A DNA stretch of 64,000 nucleotides from the NCBI GenBank assembly GCA_000388065.2, contig KB932206.1; one strand, given 5' to 3'. The notes under the pieces were generated by a model. That model had not been told where the DNA came from, ran no database searches, and saw nothing but the letters and a program-made list of their open reading frames with translations. Within the stretch, counting starts at the first letter, position 1, and every line of letters begins with the position of its first letter. A program made the translations under genes and the position numbers. Positions 60,603 to 64,000 of this stretch are shown one piece after another. This DNA is from Fonticula alba ATCC 38817 (Eukaryota; Protista; Nucleariida).

Positions 60603-61217
60603 GGGGGGGGGGCGGGGGGGGGGGGGGGGGGAGAGAGGGTGAGAAGGCAGTGAGCGACGGGCGGAGGGGGGAGAATTCCCGCTCCTCAGTCCTCCTGCAG
60701 ACACACAGACACACACACATATATATATATGCATATGTGAATGGCTATGCGCATGTGCGCAAACATATCCACAAACACGTACCAGGTACTTGCCAATGGG
60801 CCGGGACACCTGATCGACGATCTCCTCGGTAGACTGAAGGAAACGGTTGAACTTGGTCGAGACCGCCTGCAGTGGGGCCGGCAGGACGAAGGCGCTGCCA
60901 GACTGGGCAGGGACAGCGGCCGCGATGCCAGCCGCGGCCGACATGCTTGTGTGATGGCTGCTGGACATGGGTGGCGAGCCGGTGGAGGACGTCGGCAGGT
61001 GACCCTTGCTGGTCTGAAGTGGTTGCTGGTGCTGTGAGGGGTGTGCGGGGAAGGCAGACGGGTGCGAATGCTGCTGGCCCGGCTGGTGAGGGAAATCGTG
61101 GCCCGAGAAGTGAGAGGCGCCAGCCGATGCGGCCTGTTGACCGGGGAGGGGCAGGGAGGCAGTCTTCAAGGGATTGACATTAGATCGCGAGAAGGGGCCG
61201 AAAGACGCTGCAGACAT
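59605..61217 (-). CDS. SURF4: SURF4/Erv29 ER-export cargo receptor with long low-complexity N-terminus, 3 exons
   Basis: PYVARFLIVLTFLEDAIRLFMNWDEQ, LSLCGGLCLL, YLQVAGRL, FYQTWSVIGGLLLLANLGAGEFSIDKMKKSR (C-terminal KKxx). Confidence 0.92.
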
Positions 61218-62169
61218 GGCGCGAGTGCTGTGGAGGAGGAGGAAACGACAGAAGCATGCATGGGAAGGGGGGGGGGGGCAAAATCAGGGGACGATGGATC
61301 NNNNNNNNNNNNNNNNNNNNNNNNNNNNNNNNNNNNNNNNNNNNNNNNNNNNNNNNNNNNNNNNNNNNNNNNNNNNNNNNNNNNNNNNNNNNNNNNNNNN
61401 NNNNNNNNNNNNNNNNNNNNNNNNNNNNNNNNNNNNNNNNNNNNNNNNNNNNNNNNNNNNNNNNNNNNNNNNNNNNNNNNNNNNNNNNNNNNNNNNNNNN
61501 NNNNNNNNNNNNNNNNNNNNNNNNNNNNNNNNNNNNNNNNNNNNNNNNNNNNNNNNNNNNNNNNNNNNNNNNNNNNNNNNNNNNNNNNNNNNNNNNNNNN
61601 NNNNNNNNNNNNNNNNNNNNNNNNNNNNNNNNNNNNNNNNNNNNNNNNNNNNNNNNNNNNNNNNNNNNNNNNNNNNNNNNNNNNNNNNNNGGCGAGGGGG
61701 GAGGGGCACCATGAGGCCCCGCTGGTCGGGAGGGGAAGCGGGTGGAAACGCACGAGAAGCGACAGCAGGGAGGTGAATCGCGCTGACGATTGGAGGAGGC
61801 GGGGTGTGGCGGGATGCGACTATCGGCCAGGTGTTCCTTGCAAGGAGGCGATCCTCTGAAGGGCAAGAGGGGCGCGCAGGGGGCGGGGGACGGGGACAGG
61901 GGGAGGGAGAGAGAGAGAGAGAGGGGGGGGAGGAAAGCTCGGGTCAGGAATAACATGGGAAGGGAAACGGGGGATGGGTGGGGCTCCTCTCGAAACTGGC
62001 CGACCGCGAGGAGGGGAAGAGCACGCACTGCCCCCACACACCACCGCCAGTAGACCACCGACGGCCGGGGCGCACCGGGAGGGGGGGCCAGAGGCACGGG
62101 CAGGCCTCCCGGGCAATGGGGCGGAGATGGGGGGGGGGGGGGGGGGGCAGGCATACAAAAGGAGGAGGG

Positions 62170-62214
<45 letters not shown>

Positions 62215-64000
62215 ACAGTGCGAGGGTGGTGGCAGCAGGGAGAGGAAAGCAGCCGGAGATAAGATCGTGTCGGGTCAGCGGGGGCGCGGGCCAGGGCCAG
62301 GGTGCCACATGAGCTCCATGCAGGCACGGGGGGAGGAGTATTCTTGCGAGCGGGACATTGGACCTCGGTCGTGGGATCGCAAGAGACGGGCCGGTCCAAG
62401 GGCGGGGGCCCCGGGAGGATGCACACGGCGACAGAGGACCCGACGAATCGGGGCAGGAGTACCACACGATGCGCGGGGCCCGGAGGGGCAAAGAGACACC
62501 CAAGGGGGAGGCGAGGGGAGCGAGAGAAGGCCGAAAATCGCAGGAACCGGGCTCCGGTTGCCTGACCCCTGCCTGGCCACCTTGCTTGATTGGTCGTCGG
62601 CTGCTGCTGCGGGGGGGGGGGGGGGGCCTGCGCTCGAAAGGCCAGATAGGTTGGGAGTCCAGCGGAGGCCCGGCCCTCGGCCAGGGGGCGGGGGCGTGCT
62701 GGCCGGCGTCCGGCCCGCGAGAGGAGGGCACTTCGGCAAGTGGGTGGGTGCAGCGATGAGAGCCGGGTGAGATCGGCGCCGGGGGGTCTTCGGGTGGTAT
62801 GGCCCCGGATCCTGGCCGCCGCTGTGAGGCATGGGGGCAGGGGCGGGGGAGCGGGGGGGGGGGNNNNNNNNNNNNNNNNNNNNNNNNNNNNNNNNNNNNN
62901 NNNNNNNNNNNNNNNNNNNNNNNNNNNNNNNNNNNNNNNNNNNNNNNNNNNNNNNNNNNNNNNNNNNNNNNNNNNNNNNNNNNNNNNNNNNNNNNNNNNN
63001 NNNNNNNNNNNNNNNNNNNNNNNNNNNNNNNNNNNNNNNNNNNNNNNNNNNNNNNNNNNNNNNNNNNNNNNNNNNNNNNNNNNNNNNNNNNNNNNNNNNN
63101 NNNNNNNNNNNNNNNNNNNNNNGGGCGCGCGGCGGCCGGCCCGGGCCGGCGGCCAGCCGGACGGAAAGCGTCGGGGGAGGCCAACTGCCAATCGAGCTGC
63201 CGGTATGCTTCCCCCCCCCCGGCCGGCGCTCGCCTCCGGGGGGGGGGGCCGCGGTGGAAAGGCGGCCCCCCAGCCGGGCAGACGCCGGCGGGGGGGCCCC
63301 GGAAGCGGGCGCGCTCACGCCCCAAGAAAGAGCCAGCGGGGTGTCACTGAAAGGGGAATTGGCAACTGGCCGTATATCGCCTCCCTCCGCTGGGCCTGGG
63401 GTCGGGCCGAGCAGAGGAGGACGTGGTCGAGGCATCCCGCGGGCCCGCTCGGAGCCGCGGAGCCGCGCCGGGGAATAGTCGAGGGAAACGGGGCGTGCCT
63501 CCCAGCGCGCGCCTCTGCCCGGGGGAGGGTGGGGAGGCCGGGAAGAAGGGAGGCGCAGCACACGGGCAAGCGAGAAAATGAGGGAGATACTGGCGGGCCC
63601 TATCACCGGGCGCGATCTCGGGGCGATTGTGACATGGCGCCCAGCATGCGAGCTGCCTCGGCCAGGGCCGCTGACACAAATCACCGTGAGCATCACCCGG
63701 GGAGATTGCTCCCCCGGGGATCCGGGAAAAGCCCACACCGGTGGGGACTCCCCCCCGGCAAGAGGACGCCCACATGTGCGCACGCTCGACCGGGGGATGC
63801 GGAGCGCGCGCCGATGCTCTGCGCGCCAAGGGCCGCGGTTGTCGATAGCAGGGCGGGAGATTATTCCGCCCGATGGTGGGTCAAGACGTACGGGCCTGAC
63901 CCAGAGAGCGGAGGTATCCCCCGCACCAGCCGAGGGGCGCGGCCAAGTAAGCGGCCCTCTTCCTGGGGGCAACCCCCCCCCCCCCCCCCCCCCCCCCCCC

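Larger units (their letters stand above)
8183..63122. other. Assembly gaps (N-runs): 8183-8502, 13058-13467, 18655-18714, 24107-24182, 43722-44115, 46695-46949, 47799-48200, 52312-52333, 56887-57043, 60556-60565, 61301-61690, 62864-63122
   Basis: Directly visible; most gaps are flanked by G/C homopolymers or (CT)n. Confidence 0.98.

Noticed and set aside
1-64000. CRISPR arrays, rRNA, transposase/RT/integrase genes, prokaryotic operons
   Set aside because: Only simple microsatellites, homopolymers and short gap-edge duplicates were seen; no spacer-repeat periodicity, rRNA signatures or mobile-element motifs.
61691-64000. Long ORFs (565, 501 and 415 aa) at the right end
   Set aside because: They run through N-gaps and G/C homopolymers, are P/G/R-rich without motifs, and are most consistent with intergenic or promoter DNA upstream of SURF4.

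Overview
GC-rich, intron-containing eukaryotic genomic DNA from a gapped draft scaffold, with 12 N-runs. The style resembles a GC-rich opisthokont protist such as Fonticula alba, but the taxon cannot be confirmed from this window. Introns are short, with GT(G/A)CGY donors and poly-C acceptor tracts, and (CA)n, (CT)n and (CACG)n microsatellites and long G/C homopolymers are common. I can support about 15 spliced protein-coding genes: an unknown low-complexity protein, SNRNP35 (U11/U12-35K), an F-box/WD40 protein, PP4 catalytic subunit, RPN7, DBP7/DDX31, AP-2 sigma, a mitochondrial-targeted dienelactone hydrolase, a multi-TM HSL-family esterase, zeta-COP, an unknown mitochondrial membrane protein, RPP40, a full-architecture Son-of-Sevenless-like RasGEF, an EMI1-like twin-CX9C protein, a polyQ protein and SURF4/ERV29. 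No rRNA, tRNA, CRISPR array or transposase was recognised. Most long ORFs in the supplied track are GC-driven antisense or out-of-frame shadows. Highlights: the SOS orthologue (histone fold-DH-PH-REM-CDC25) lacking obvious Grb2-binding motifs, a minor-spliceosome protein, near-invariant +4C 5' splice sites, an orphan presequence+TM mitochondrial protein with strong codon bias, a 22/24-identical motif at two gene 3' ends, and probable mis-joins at gap edges. All identifications are by eye from remembered family motifs; no searches were run.
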